Numbered from the stretch's first letter, positions 48,363 through 60,655 are shown. The stretch is DNA of 64,000 nucleotides from Malacoraja senta (GCA_038087875.1 CM075998.1:3970001-4034000), one strand, 5' to 3'. A program made the numbers and translations. The notes: generated by a model not told the origin, from the letters alone.

Positions 48363-51157
48363 CAGTTTCAAATTACTGCTACATCCCTGTTTGTAGTCTG
48401 TAAGACTTTAGATTTTGAACTCTGTATTGCAGTCATTTTCAGAGTTACCTTCTCATCTTTCCTCCTTTCTTCATATTTTATATCTTCCATTATGCATTTA
48501 GTAAATATTCTTTAAAAAAAAAAAAGTTTGAAATGCCCCATAATCCATACAATCTTGTACCGAGGTGATCCAACTCCACAGATTTCCCACTCCAAGTAAT
48601 CGTACATTGGAAAGGTGGCCAAGAGAGATGAAAGTTTGGGAAATATGTTGCCTTCATTTGAAAACATTTAACGTTGTCGCCCTGCTAGCAGTGAAAATAT
48701 TGCCAGCATTGAAGCAGTTATAGGGTCAAAGCACACAAGTTCCGTTGACATGCTCTGTAGTGGCAGGACAAGGAACATGCAAGTTCTGATAGGCCAAACT
48801 GCGTTTTCATAAATCCGAGTAGCCTGACAGCTATTTTGGTGATTGCGTGGCACAGTGGGTGGAGGAGGCATTAACCACATTTAAGATGCATCTCAAGATG
48901 CATTTAAATGAGCATGGAATAGAGGAATGTGGAATTAATGCAGGCAGATGGGAATGGCATAGATGGGAACGATGTTTGGCGTAGATGTAGTGGACCAAAG
49001 AGCCTGTTTCTATGAAGTCTTTAATCATGGAGTCTTTAATTAATCCTGATGATAGAAACAGATCCAGGGATAACCCCAGTGGTGGAGGGCTTTAGGAACT
49101 GTGGTGCAGTGTCACCTGTTCCTCAAAGCATGTTATTGTTGCCTGTCTCGTTTAATATGAATGGTAAATGTGGAGGGAGAGTTTTTGCAGATTTAACCAG
49201 TTTGATCCAATGCAATTCTTGGCTTCACATTCCTAGCATATTCCTTCCTAAAACATTGATTGTCGTCTTGGTGCCACAATGCAAAATAAGTTGGTTTATG
49301 AAAGGTTTGCTGAGTGAAGTCTTTGACCTCCTTTTGGCAAGGCTGGTTCTTGCTGAGCTTTGGGGGTTCAGTGCCACATCTATTGTGTTGCATATTCCAC
49401 TTGGGAGCAAGCAAGCCAGTTTGAAGTGCTTTTCTGATGTACATTTCTGGAATAACACAAGGATTCTGGGTTGTAAAAAATGACATTCTGATGTGCAGGT
49501 GAAGGACCTAATGGATATATTGCTAGACTTCACTTTTTGCAGAAGTTCAAGTACTTGTGAATCAGATTAATATAAATAACTGACTCTGATTTGTAAAAAT
49601 TATAGTGAAACTGTTCCCTTCTCTCACTGACTTTCACACCCTACTTTACAAATATGCCATCTTTTTTTACTTTTTATTTTTTTAGGGGGATGGTCTGGGG
49701 AAAGGCAACATTTATTACTAATTTGATTGCCCTGGGAAAGTAGTGGGGAGCTACTGCCTCGAATGCTGCAGTCTTTCTGCTGAAGGTCTGATGTATTTCT
49801 GTCTGTGTGGCATTTCCTGCACAAATGAAACCGAGACGTTGAATTTAGCACTTATGAATATTTAAAAGTTTAAATACAGGATGCTGTCTGTGGGTGAAGA
49901 GAAGCAAGTTGGTTTGTTTCTCCGAAGGTCCGTTGAGCTCCTGACTGACAGCCTCAGCTGTCCAGATAATGTATCTGTTGCACTTCATCAGAGTCATGGT
50001 GAACAGCAGGACAAGTCATCAAGAGCAATAACACTGCAAAATGCCGAATATTTATAATAAGGAAAATGCTGAAGATACTAACTAGGTTTGGCAGTGTCTG
50101 TGGAGTATTATCACTTGTCAGCTTGATGTCACTTCTGACAAAAGGTCATTGGCCTGAGACTTTAAGTCTGTTTTCCTCTCCACAGACGCTGAAAGACCTG
50201 GTTAATATTTCCAGCTTTTTTTCTCTTTTTTAAGCAGAAAAATCGTAAAGTGTTTCCTAGATTTTGCTATTTTGGATTGAATGCTTTTTCCAAGTATGAA
50301 TAACACATATTTAAAATTCATCATCTGCGCTGTTTGAAACTTTCTGTTTAACCTTTATCTTTAGATTTTATTGTGCAAATGCTTTTGCCAGAACTTTTAG
50401 AAGTGCTGTGTGGCTCTATAAAAGCAGATTCTATGACCCGTTAGTTCTGATTGTTGGTTGGCTTAATGGTATCAGTTTTTCTTTATACCTTGTTTCCTCG
50501 TTCCTATTCTTCCTGCTATGTTCCTCATGAAAAATAATTGTAGCGAATCAATACAAATCAGTCTGTGCTATTGGTTTCTGCTACTCTTTCTTTTGGAGAC
50601 ATAAATAAAATCCAGAAAGCATATGAGATAGCTATGACTTTTAAGTTAACAATAAAACTTGCTGTTTTTTAATATCAAGTTTATTCCAGAATGTCTCTGC
50701 TGTCATGCGTTATTGTGGTGGGGTAATTATGGTCCTGGACTTTAAGCCGTAGATGCAGTTAAATCATCCAACTATCATGAACATAATCGTGACGGTTTGA
50801 ATGGTTGATTTTTACGTTTATTGTCAGTAATCTGCAAACAAAAAGCTGGTTGTCGCTAAGTGACTGAAGCTGTCATTTTGGCAAGGTGTCCAGTCACTTG
50901 TAAGTGGTTAGAACAAAAAACAATTTCTTGAAATGGGCTTCTTTATGACAGCTGACAACAGTGGAAGATGTGTCCATTTCAGGATGGGTTGTGTAGAAAG
51001 GAACTGCAGATGCTGGTTTAAACCGAAGACAGACACAAAAAGCTGGAGGAACTCAGCGGGTCAGACAGCATCTCGGGGGAAAAAGGAATAGGTGACGTTT
51101 GGGGTCAAGACCCTTCTTCAGACTGATGTCAGGGAAGAAGGAGATACATAGATAAGC

Positions 51158-51422
51158 AGTGTGGAAACAGGCCATTCGGCCCACCGAATATACCTACACT
51201 AGCTCTATCCTACACACCAGGGCTATTTTTTTAACAAGGCCAATTAACCTACAAACCTGCACGTCTTTAGAGTGTGGGAGAAAACTGGAGCAACCGGAGA
51301 AAACCCACGCGGTCACGGGGAGAACGTACAAACTCTGTACGACAGCACCCATAGTCGGGATCGAACCCGGGTCCCTGGTGCTGTAAGGCAGCAACTCTAC
51401 CGCTGCACCACTGTGCTGCCCC
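51158..51422 (-). mobile_element. HE1-type SINE, next to a Penelope terminal repeat at ~50990-51150
   Basis: Family matches. Confidence 0.85.
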
Positions 51423-53370
51423 TAACAAGTTTCTGATGTCCTGCAATGTATCTTGCACCCTCTTCAAAATTTGTGTGTATGTCCAAGGAAAGATTGTAGG
51501 ATAAAAATCAAGAGCAATGCCTGTGCCTATTTCTCACAAATGTTGCACAGTAATTAATGCTGCTGTGTGTCGGTTACAAAGACCCGGGTTTGGCCGTGAC
51601 TTTGGGTGCTGTTTTCTTGCTCTCTGATCTGTGTCTGTGATCATATGGGTTTCCTCCGCGGGTTCTGATTTCTTCTTGGATCGGAAAGATGTGCTGGTAG
51701 ATTAATTGACTACTGTAAGCTTCCCCTTAGTGGAGATTAGTGGCAAAAGTAGACAAAGGGAAGTTGATAGGCATGTGTGCGAGGGAATAACTTGCAGAGG
51801 TAAAAGAAAATGAGAGGGCTAATGAGATTCCTCCCTCCAGATGTACTTGATGGGCTGAATGGTGGCATCCTGTGTCATTATAAGACCGTGCATACTTTTG
51901 TATATGGCTGGAGTATCAGTTGCCCCAGCCGTACAACTGAAGTTGTTTTACTTGCATGGCATATAAAACCTCTAAAGGTGTTTTGAGCATACTGCATTTA
52001 TTGTAAATCCTACCTAGTGATGAATACAGATGCATGGATTTACACAAGCTTTGAAATCCTGCACAATGGTTGTGACGTTCTTATCCTATCTTCATAACCT
52101 TCTCCAGCCCTGCAACCCTCGAGAGTTTTTTTTGAATTCTGATCGTTAAACTTTTGAGCAGCTACCATGTTCAATTGGTATACAATTGTCTGCATCTTCC
52201 TCGTCTTTTGAGCTCTGTCATTCTTTCACGAAACCTCCTGGCCCTCTGTTCTCTATTACGATTCTTTTTAAAATGACTTACCTGGTCTAATATTTCCTTC
52301 TGTGGCTTGATGTCCAATCCTGTCTGATTACACTTGCTTGGGTTGATTTAATATGTTAAAGGCACAATACAAGCTCAATAAATTGTTTTCTCTTCCCACA
52401 GTTGCCATGCTTGTTAAGAATTGCACTTGTGTTTCTGTGTCCATTTTAAGGCCGTTCTTATTGTGAGATGATATTCCCATGTCTGTCATTGCACTTGATC
52501 TTGCTTTGATTTGGTTTATAATTGTCACATGTAGTGAGAGAGTGAAAAGCTTTTTTGCATTTTGAAAATACTTTTTTTTTTCAGTGCTTGAAACGACAGT
52601 TATTTTTATTGAGAGCATCTGTTCAATACTATGCGAGCTGATCAAATGACTTGCTGTACCCAATAATGACACAAGGGACTGCAGATACTGGAATCGGGAG
52701 CAAACGAAGAGCTGCTGGAAGAACTAGACACCATCTGTGTGGAGGGATATAGTCCGTGTTCGGGTCGAGACTGCCCCAAGTCAGATTTTACGCAAGTCAA
52801 AATCACCTTAAACTAAATAGAAACAAAGAATTGCAGATGCTGGTCAAAGGGTCTCAACCTAAAACGTTGACTGTCCATTCCCCTTCTCAGATGCTGCCTG
52901 ATTCACTGATTTCCTCCAGCAGCCTGCGTTTTGCTGTACTCGATTATCCTGTGATGCGGTAAAGCAATAGGACCTCACTCCTTACTTGCGGTTGAAAGCT
53001 ATTTTAATCTACATACAGTTGAAGCTTGATATCGGTTAGTGCAGAAATAGTGTATACAAGAACTGATCCATGTTCTGTATTAAATTCTATTACCCATTGT
53101 ATAGTACAGCCACACCCCTACTTACATAATGGGTGGCTTGCATAATAGATGGCTTACGTGATGGGTAACTTGCGTAAACAATTCACAATAGGTCCCGTGT
53201 CCTAAATGACCTGTGTTACTGTAATGGGAGGGTTTTGTGTCCGTTTCATGGATATAAAAGCATCTCCCACGCTGCTCTTGCAGTATTGGCCACCATCCAT
53301 GCGACACTGGGAAAGCAAGGGAGATGTTGGAGAGCAACTTCCGTCCGAGTCGCTGACATCTTCCACAAGA

Positions 53371-53616
53371 TGCACGAGTGAGCCCTGCTTCATCAGCTGC
53401 CACACTGTCCGCTTGACGTGGCTGTTGTTGCGGCTCACGTTGTAGGCCCTGGCCGACGGCTTTCTTCAGGTCGCCGCCACTAACAGGTCACCCCGGTCAC
53501 CGTGGGGCTCCCTCCTCTCTCGCCAGCTGCTGCTTCTTCCTGTCGGCCGTCGCTTTGTCCGCTCTGCCGCTCCCCCTTTCACTGCCGCCGCCTCCTCCTC
53601 CTCCTCTACTGGGCAT
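53371..53616 (-). pseudogene. Histone H1/protamine-like pseudogene fragment, arm 1
   Basis: ATG at 53616, AGG-rich N-terminal region, ...GGSPTVT...LVAA/LKKA.SARAYNVSRNNSHVKRTVWQLMKQGSLVH (H1 winged-helix: LKKALAAxGYDVxKNNSRxKxxLKxLVxKGxLVQ), frameshifted. Confidence 0.75.
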
Positions 53617-53628
53617 CTTGGTGACTCT

Positions 53629-53871
53629 GGAGGAGGAAGGGTGGTGGTGGAGGGGAAGCAGACTAAATGACACCAGTCAGGAAGAAGCGGCAGCTGGTGA
53701 GAGGGGAGGGTGCCCCACTATGACCGAGTGCGTCCTGTTGGTGGCAGCGGCCTGAAGAAAGCTCTGTCGGCCAGGGGCTACAACATGAGCCGCAACATTA
53801 GTCAGGTAAATCGCAACGTGCGGCAACTGGTGAAAAAGGGCTCGCTGGTGCACACTAGCACCATCGGTGCC
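53629..53871 (+). pseudogene. Histone H1/protamine-like pseudogene fragment, arm 2
   Basis: GCPTMTECVLLVAA/LKKALSARGYNMSRNISQVNRNVRQLVKKGSLVHTSTIGA*; frameshift and stop. Confidence 0.8.
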
Positions 53872-53891
53872 TAGATTTAAGGTGAAAAGAC

Positions 53892-54181
53892 ACAGAGTGC
53901 TGGAGTAACTCAGCGGGTCAGGCAGCATCTGTGGAGAACATGGATAGGTGACGTTTCACAGAGTGCTGGAGTAACTCAGCGGGTCAGGCAGCATCTGTGG
54001 AGAACATGGATAGGTGACGTTTCACAGAGTGCTGGAGTAACTCAGCGGGTCAGGCAGCATCTCTGGAGAACATGGATAAGTGACGTTTCAGGATGGGATC
54101 CTTCTTCGGACTGCTTGCTGTAAACTCCAGCACTTTGTGTCCTCTTTTTGTATTAACCAGCATCTGCAGTTCTTTGTTTCT
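53892..54181. repeat. 3x66-bp tandem of a Penelope terminal-repeat segment plus inverted arm
   Basis: Unit ACAGAGTGCTGGAGTAACTCAGCGGG...GTGACGTTTC starts at 53892, 53958 and 54024. Confidence 0.9.
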
Positions 54182-54189
54182 ATTTAGTT

Positions 54190-54272
54190 TAAGGTGATTT
54201 TTCACTTGCGTAAAATCTGACTTGCAAAAGGGTTTACAGAATGTAACCCATACTTAAGTCTGGGAATATCTG
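54190..54272 (-). mobile_element. Tigger/pogo-like terminal sequence
   Basis: Reverse complement TA|CAGATATTCCCAGACTTAAGTATGGGTTACATTCTGTAAACCC resembles Tigger-type TIRs; possible partner end at 53107. Confidence 0.5.
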
Positions 54273-54294
54273 TAACTGGGAGTATTTAAGCCTT

Positions 54295-54448
54295 GGTAGA
54301 CAAAAGTGCTGGAGAAAAACTCAGCGGGTGCAGCAGCATCTATGGAGCGAAGGAAATAGGCAAGGGTTTCGGGCCGAAACGTTGCCTATTTCCTTCGCTC
54401 CATAGATGCTGCTGCACCCGCTGAGTTTCTCCAGCACTTTTGTCTACC
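54295..54448. repeat. Near-perfect ~150-bp fold-back of a Penelope terminal repeat
   Basis: Arms are reverse complements centred on GTTTCGGGCCGAAAC. Confidence 0.9.
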
Positions 54449-55087
54449 TTCGATTTTCCAGCATCTGCAGTTCCTTCTTAAGTATTTTAAGCCTTTATCT
54501 GCTTATTCGAAAAATATACTAAAGACAAAAGTGCACATTTAACAAGATTACCTTAATTGCTGGTTGAGGAAGAATAAATTACTCTCTCTTCATAGCCGTA
54601 CTGGATTCTGCTTTGGGTTGTGGACACCCATTTGCTATACCAGTGGAAACGTGTAGATCACATTTCCTTTATTTTTCTGAATAAATAAATCTCCTTTAAT
54701 CTGTCTGAACACAAAGGTGCACATTTTTGCTGGAAGGTTTGGCCAAGAATCTCATGAACCATATTCCCACGGTAAACAAAGCGGGTTTATGTGCATTTGG
54801 TGCAATTTTAGCACTGTGCTAGCATTGACAACAGTATATGTCTCTGAAATCACCCCTCTGTGTGGGGGGGTCAAAACTTGCCCCATAGATCTCGATTGTC
54901 TTAATTTACCATTAAAGAGAATTATCACGACACTCGTGAAATCTTGGATTAAGAAATTGTAGGTAATCTTAAATTGTCTTCAGGGTAATTATTTATGTAT
55001 TTTAGAAGTGTGGTCATCTTTTACACAAGTAATGCAGTATTCAATGTATGCGCAGCAAAGTTTCCACAAACAACAATGAGCACTTCA

Positions 55088-55118
55088 GTCTGAAGAGGGT
55101 CTCGACCCGAAACGTCAC
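55088..55118 (+). ncRNA. Minimal type I hammerhead ribozyme core in a Penelope terminal repeat
   Basis: GU CUGAAGA GGGU-CUCG-ACCC GAAA CG UC^AC; stem I is only 2 bp. Confidence 0.5.
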
Positions 55119-58054
55119 CCATTCCTTCTCTCCGGAGAATGCTGCCTGTCCCGCTGAGTTACTCCCGCGTTTTGTGTCTACTTTCGATTTCAAGGTTTCA
55201 AAGGTCTTTTATTGTCACGTGTACCAATTAAAGGTACAGTGATATGCAAATTACCATGCAGCCATACTAGAAAAAAGCAACAAGACACACAACTACATAA
55301 ATATCCACCACAGTGGATTCCCCACATTCCTCATTTAAACCAGCATCTGCAGTTCCTTCCTACCCAATGACCACTTCATGATCTCAGTGACCAGCGGTGA
55401 GCTTGTTGCTATCTCTGGACGAGGGAGGACTGTGCAACCAAACAGAAAGATGGGGAGACAGCAGCTTCCTGCACATTACCGTACTGGTTCACTGCACACT
55501 GAGTCGAGTGTCACTGTCTTGTAATTGTCAGGGTGCCAGGTTCCTCAGCGCAAGCTTGAACAAGTGCTTTTTTTTTAAAGTACAGAAGGGTATACTCCAG
55601 TCAGTATTCACTAAAGGCATTGTAACAAATTGACACTCTGCGGCATAGTACTACAAGAACTTAAGCAAAGGTTTTTTACAGTATTTTGTACTCGTGACAT
55701 TAATAAACCACTGCTGAAACCAAGTTTTTTTTTAATGGAGCACTTTATTGTAGTAAAACAAACCCAATGTTAGGCCTTTGCATCCGTGTAAAGCATGGCA
55801 CGATCCTTTGTATTTTTTTGCTTTCACGTGGTGCCTTGGCAAACCTCAAAAATTGCACTTTGTTCTGACAAGATCTCCGAGTTTATTAGAAGCGTGGCAT
55901 TCCTGACATCAGATGGAATGTTTAATGTTGTGTTATTGTAGACAGCACACGCACCCTCTCCTCACAGGCCTACCCTTGTACACGAGTAAATTGCAGTCCT
56001 CATTTTTTTTGAAGTTCTAGTTGCTTGAGCCCATTTGAAACTAAACAGAAAAGTTCCAATTTTTGTCATGCTATGTTTTTTAATCTCCAATCGCAGCCTA
56101 TGCGTTTTAAAGTATGATAGCAAACTGCATGTATCCCACATTGTAATGTTTCAGATGGTACCTGCAGGGTTAAATGTTCCCTTTCAGTACATCATAAAGC
56201 AAAAAGCTTCACATTGTATCTTTCATATCTTCAGGACATCTTAATATCTCAAAGGATGCCCATTGAATACTTTTTGAAGTGTGGCCACTTATAGCAAATA
56301 TTTTTTTCACCTGGACAGACAGACTCACTTTTTAACATTTCTTCTGTATTTGAGGAAGTCAACCTAGATTATATGCTCGTGATCTCAAGTGTGCTATGGA
56401 ATGTTTGTTTCCTGACACAAAGAACCTAATTGAACTTTTGAGAAAGCATCAGTTTGGTCATCTTCTGTCTGAATTTGCTCCGGTCTGCAATTCAGAAACC
56501 TTTCTTTCGGTTAGTTTTGTTTCTGAATCGGGTATGTTCTGGGTATGGACAATAGACATCACAAGCTGGAGTAACTCAGCGGGTCAGGCAGCATCTCTGG
56601 AGATAAGGAATAGGTGACATTTCGGATAGAGACCCTCGACCCAAAACGTCACCTATTCCTTTTCCAGAGATGCTGCCTGACCCGCTGAGTTACTCTCAAC
56701 TTTTCATGACAAACTTTTGTGTCTATGTACTTGGTTCTTGGTTTCTTGGTCCTCCAATGTTCGGTGTAAACCAGCCACTGTAGTTCCTTCCTACACATTT
56801 TGTTCTAGGTATGGTGCTGCTTATAACGTAGGAAGATTATCAATAGAATTGCTGGTTGTAGAATGCCTAATTATTTCATCTTTTAATGAAAGTTACCCGA
56901 TTGGGAGTACCAGAACGTGCATTTTTTTTGTTTTTTTTGTTTCGCCTATAACAGAATTGGGAAGTTATCAATACTATCCTTCAAACCACAAGTAGATTTA
57001 TGGATACATTATCTCCCATGTCTTTCTGACCTCTGATGCGAGCTGCTTTTTAAAGGTCTTCTCATTATTCTGCATGTTTTAAATGCTGTTCAATTTTCAT
57101 GATTTTCCTTATCCATTCAGTTTCCATAAACGAGGAGGCACTAGACCCGTGGTCAGGTATTTTGTTTAACTTGCTGGGTACGTCGAGCTTCATCCTACTA
57201 TGTCCCATAGTTTCCTAAATCTTGTTAGCCTCAATCACGAAAATGATGGGAGAGATTTGTTGTCGATGATATCAGTTGACCAAAACGTGCTTTTGTGTTG
57301 ATCAGCTGGAGCAGGCTGGTGCTGATTTTGAGGTCGGCATTGGATGCTTCTAATTGCAACAATCATAGCAACTATTCAAGTTTCATTTTCTTGTGCAACA
57401 GGTGAACAAAGCCTGCTTCAATGTAGCGACATTGCCTACTGTGGGAGCATTTTTTTGTCCCTTTTGAGTGTTATCGCCTTCAATTTCCCACAAGAGAATA
57501 AACCCTCCTATGGAGTGTACACCTCGCTCTCTACATCCGAGGGATCCTCATGGGAATAAATAAGAATGGTGGCTCGCATAGACTTGTAGCTCAGAATGCC
57601 AAATGTTTTTGTCTCTTTTATGAAGTCCTTGAAAGTGCTCATTGTCCCATTGGTTTTGTTGGCAACCGTAGGTGCTTCTTTGCAGCTCCCAAATAAGCTT
57701 GGGAATTTGAAAGACCAAACCTTTGGTGGCGGTAAAACAACAAATGCTGGAATACACAAAAGCCCAGTAAATATCTGGAGAGAGAACAGATTGATTGATT
57801 TCAACATGCAGGTGGAGCCTTTCTTCAAGACTCAGCTGAATTCTTACTTCAAATGAATTGGAAAGGGAAAAAGGTAGAATGCGGTCAATTAAAAGCAAAA
57901 TACCCCACTGATTCGAGAAATCTGAAATGGAAACTCTGCTGGAATGGTCAGCAGCTCGGGCAGCTTCTGTAGGCAGGGAAACCGAACCAATATTTCAGGT
58001 CAATGTTGCACAAAGACTGGAAGATATTACAGTTTGCCCTAACGAGTAAAGAAA

Positions 58055-58325
58055 GCCATTTAGAACGGAGACGAGGAAACACTTTTTCTCACAGAGAGTG
58101 GCGAGTCTGTGGAATTCTCTGCCTCAGTGGGCGGTGGAGGCAGGTTCTCTGGATGCTTTCAAGAGAGAGCTAGACAGGACTCTTAAAGATAGCGGAGTCA
58201 GGGGATATGGGGAGAAGGCAGGAACGGGGTACTGATTGGGGATGATCAGCCATGATCACATTGAATGGCGGTGCTGGCTCGAAGGGCCGAATGGCCTACT
58301 CCTGCACCTATTGTCTATTGTCTGT
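58055..58325 (+). mobile_element. CR1 3' fragment
   Basis: Family match with tail; an inverted relative lies at ~58860-59148. Confidence 0.9.
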
Positions 58326-59464
58326 TGAAAGTTGCATGATCAGAACAAGCGGGTGAAGGGGCAAGGGTTGTGGAGGGGGTAGCGGTAAAAGAAGGCAACA
58401 CTGTAATGGCTCCTTCCACTTACTGGGACATCCCAACAGCTTTACAGCAAGTGCTGTATTTTGTGCAAAAAAACACCACCCCTACTGGAGGAACTCAGTG
58501 GGTGGAGCAGCATCTGTGGAAGGATATAGACAGATGATTTATGTTCTGACCCTTCAAACTGATGGGTTAGAGCAGAGCGAGCTGGCAGAAAGAGGTGGAG
58601 GGGAGGGGAGTGGGGGTGGGGAGCTGCAAGAGTTAGTGATAAATGGATCCAGGTGAGGAGGGTTTTATTGGCAAATGAGTCAGGTGGGGGAGAAGCGTGG
58701 AGATCGTGGAGAATGGTGCAAATAGTGGAATCTGCTAAGGAAGGAAGATGGGGAGTGAAATGTAGAGCTGGAGGGAGACTTGTTGGGTAGAAGGGGGGGG
58801 GGAATAAAAACAATAGGGGTTCTGATGTATGGAGGGGTAGCAGATGGAGGAGAAAGGATAATAGGTGCAGGAGTAGGCCATTTGGCCCTTCGAGCCAGCA
58901 CCGCCATTCACTGTGATCGTGGCTGATCATCCCCAATCAGTACCCCGTTCCTGCCTTCTCCCCATATCCCCTGACTCCGCTATCTTTAAGAGCCCGATCT
59001 AGCTCTCTTGAAAGTAACCAGAGAACCGGCCTCCACCGCCCTCTGAGGCAGAGAATTCCACAGACTCACAACTCTGAGAGAAAAAGTGTTTCCTCGTCTT
59101 CGTTCTAAATGGCTTGCCCCTTATTCTTAAACTGTGGCCCCTGGTTCTACACTGGAACTGGCTGATGTGGTGGGGGAGGGGAGGGGAGGGGGCTGTGGAA
59201 TGAAAAGTGTGGAGAAGTTGGGTAGATAAGAAGGCAGGGGTTTGCCTAAAATGGGACATTTTATTGTTGGGTTGTAGGCTACTCAAGCAGGTTCAAGCAC
59301 CAATACTGCATTTCGTTGTCTCTGTACTGTACACTGCACAATGACAATAAAGTTGAATCTGAATCTGAGGTGTTGGTCCTTCAGTTTGCGTGTGGCCTGT
59401 GGCCTCAGTCTGAGTATTGGAATTAAAATGGCCGGCAACCAAGAAGCACTATTGGCCCCAGCAC

Positions 59465-59804
59465 CAGGGGCAGAAATCCTGGGGGGTACAGGTGGGACAT
59501 GTCCCCCCCCCCCCCCCCCGCTTTGAGAGGTGGGGGAGTGTAGTCCGGACTTTATCGGCCGCTTTCTAACCCCATTCAGCGCCCGGCACGGCTTAAAATC
59601 AAGCTACTGCATCGAGGCGATCGAGGCTCCCGATGTTGAAGCTGGCCGATGAAAGCCCCCGTGAATGGGCCGATTCAAGCACCAAGATTCAGAGCGGACG
59701 AAGCTGCTGTTGCTGTGCCTACGGCCGAAGCCTCGCGCCAAGAAATTGTGTCTCTCCCCCCCCCCCCCCCCCCCCGCATGTTTTGACAGCGATTTCCGTG
59801 CCTG
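59465..59804. mobile_element. hAT-type MITE with 8-bp TSD
   Basis: TIRs CAGGGGCAGAAATC / GATTTCCGTGCCTG; perfect TSD CCCAGCAC at 59457-59464 and 59805-59812. Confidence 0.85.
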
Positions 59805-60344
59805 CCCAGCACATAGTGTGTTTGGCAAAGCGGTTTCAAAACAAAGTATTTTTGAAGTGTTGTTACTCGGAAGTGTGGGAGCCAATTTGGTCACAGCAAA
59901 CCCTCACATAAAGGAATATAATAATGACCAAATCATTAGTTTTAATAATGTTGATTGGATGATAAACACTGGCCTCCATTTATAATGGTGCTGTATCTTC
60001 TCTTGCATTATCTTTGCTTCACCCAAAAAAAAAGATCTCTCCAGCAGTAAAGCTTTGTTCATAATATTGCACTGGAGGAGCGCGGTGTGGAACTTGAACC
60101 CTCAACCTCGAGACCAAGGGTCAAGAGTGTGTGGACCCACTGAGTACAGGCTGTGATAGGAAGGAGCAGAGGAAGGCTGGGGAGTAAAATGTACCCCCCC
60201 CCATCAGTCTGAAGAACGGTTTCAGCCCGAAATGTTGCCTATTTCCTTTGCTCCATAGATGCTGCTGCACCCGCTGAGTTTCTCCAGCATTTTTGTGTAC
60301 CTTTGATTTTCCAGCATCTGCAGTTCCTTCTTAAACACTCAGGA

Positions 60345-60655
60345 CTGTTGGAATTCAACACTGCAGACTTCACCTGAGAGTGGACCTCACAGTTCATCCA
60401 TGGATTCCGGTTGGGGAACACTGGTATCGTGACAGAAGTGGCCTATTCATCTACGTTAGCCGCAGAGTCCTTGAAAATGGACCAGTCGACCGGCTCAAAG
60501 CTGTTGCAAAGGATCTCATCCGTTTCCTCAGACCAGCACTGCACCGCACCACTTTCTGTACGAGATCATCCCGTTTCTGCTTGTTGTACGCAGGGTGTGG
60601 AAGCACAGCCTGGTGATCAGATTTACCAAAGGGTGTTGGAATGAAGTGGTATAGT
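60345..60655 (-). mobile_element. Old Rex1/Babar fragment (end of endonuclease and linker)
   Basis: PFGKSDHQAVL.HPAY...CWSEETDEILCNSFEPVDWSIFKDSAANVDE...FPNRNPWMN. Confidence 0.75.

Noticed and set aside
49049..49533. Overlapping 97-144 aa ORFs
   Set aside because: No recognisable domain or splice context.
53874..53890. FKVK as continuation of the H1 GASGSFK motif
   Set aside because: TTTAAGGTGA recurs at ~54188 on the other side of the Penelope insert, so it may be a duplicated flank rather than H1 sequence.
57344..57898. Possible coding exon (acceptor near 57401; ORFs of 71-116 aa on both strands)
   Set aside because: No recognisable protein and no convincing donor; could be a decayed element. 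Needs BLASTX or RNA-seq.
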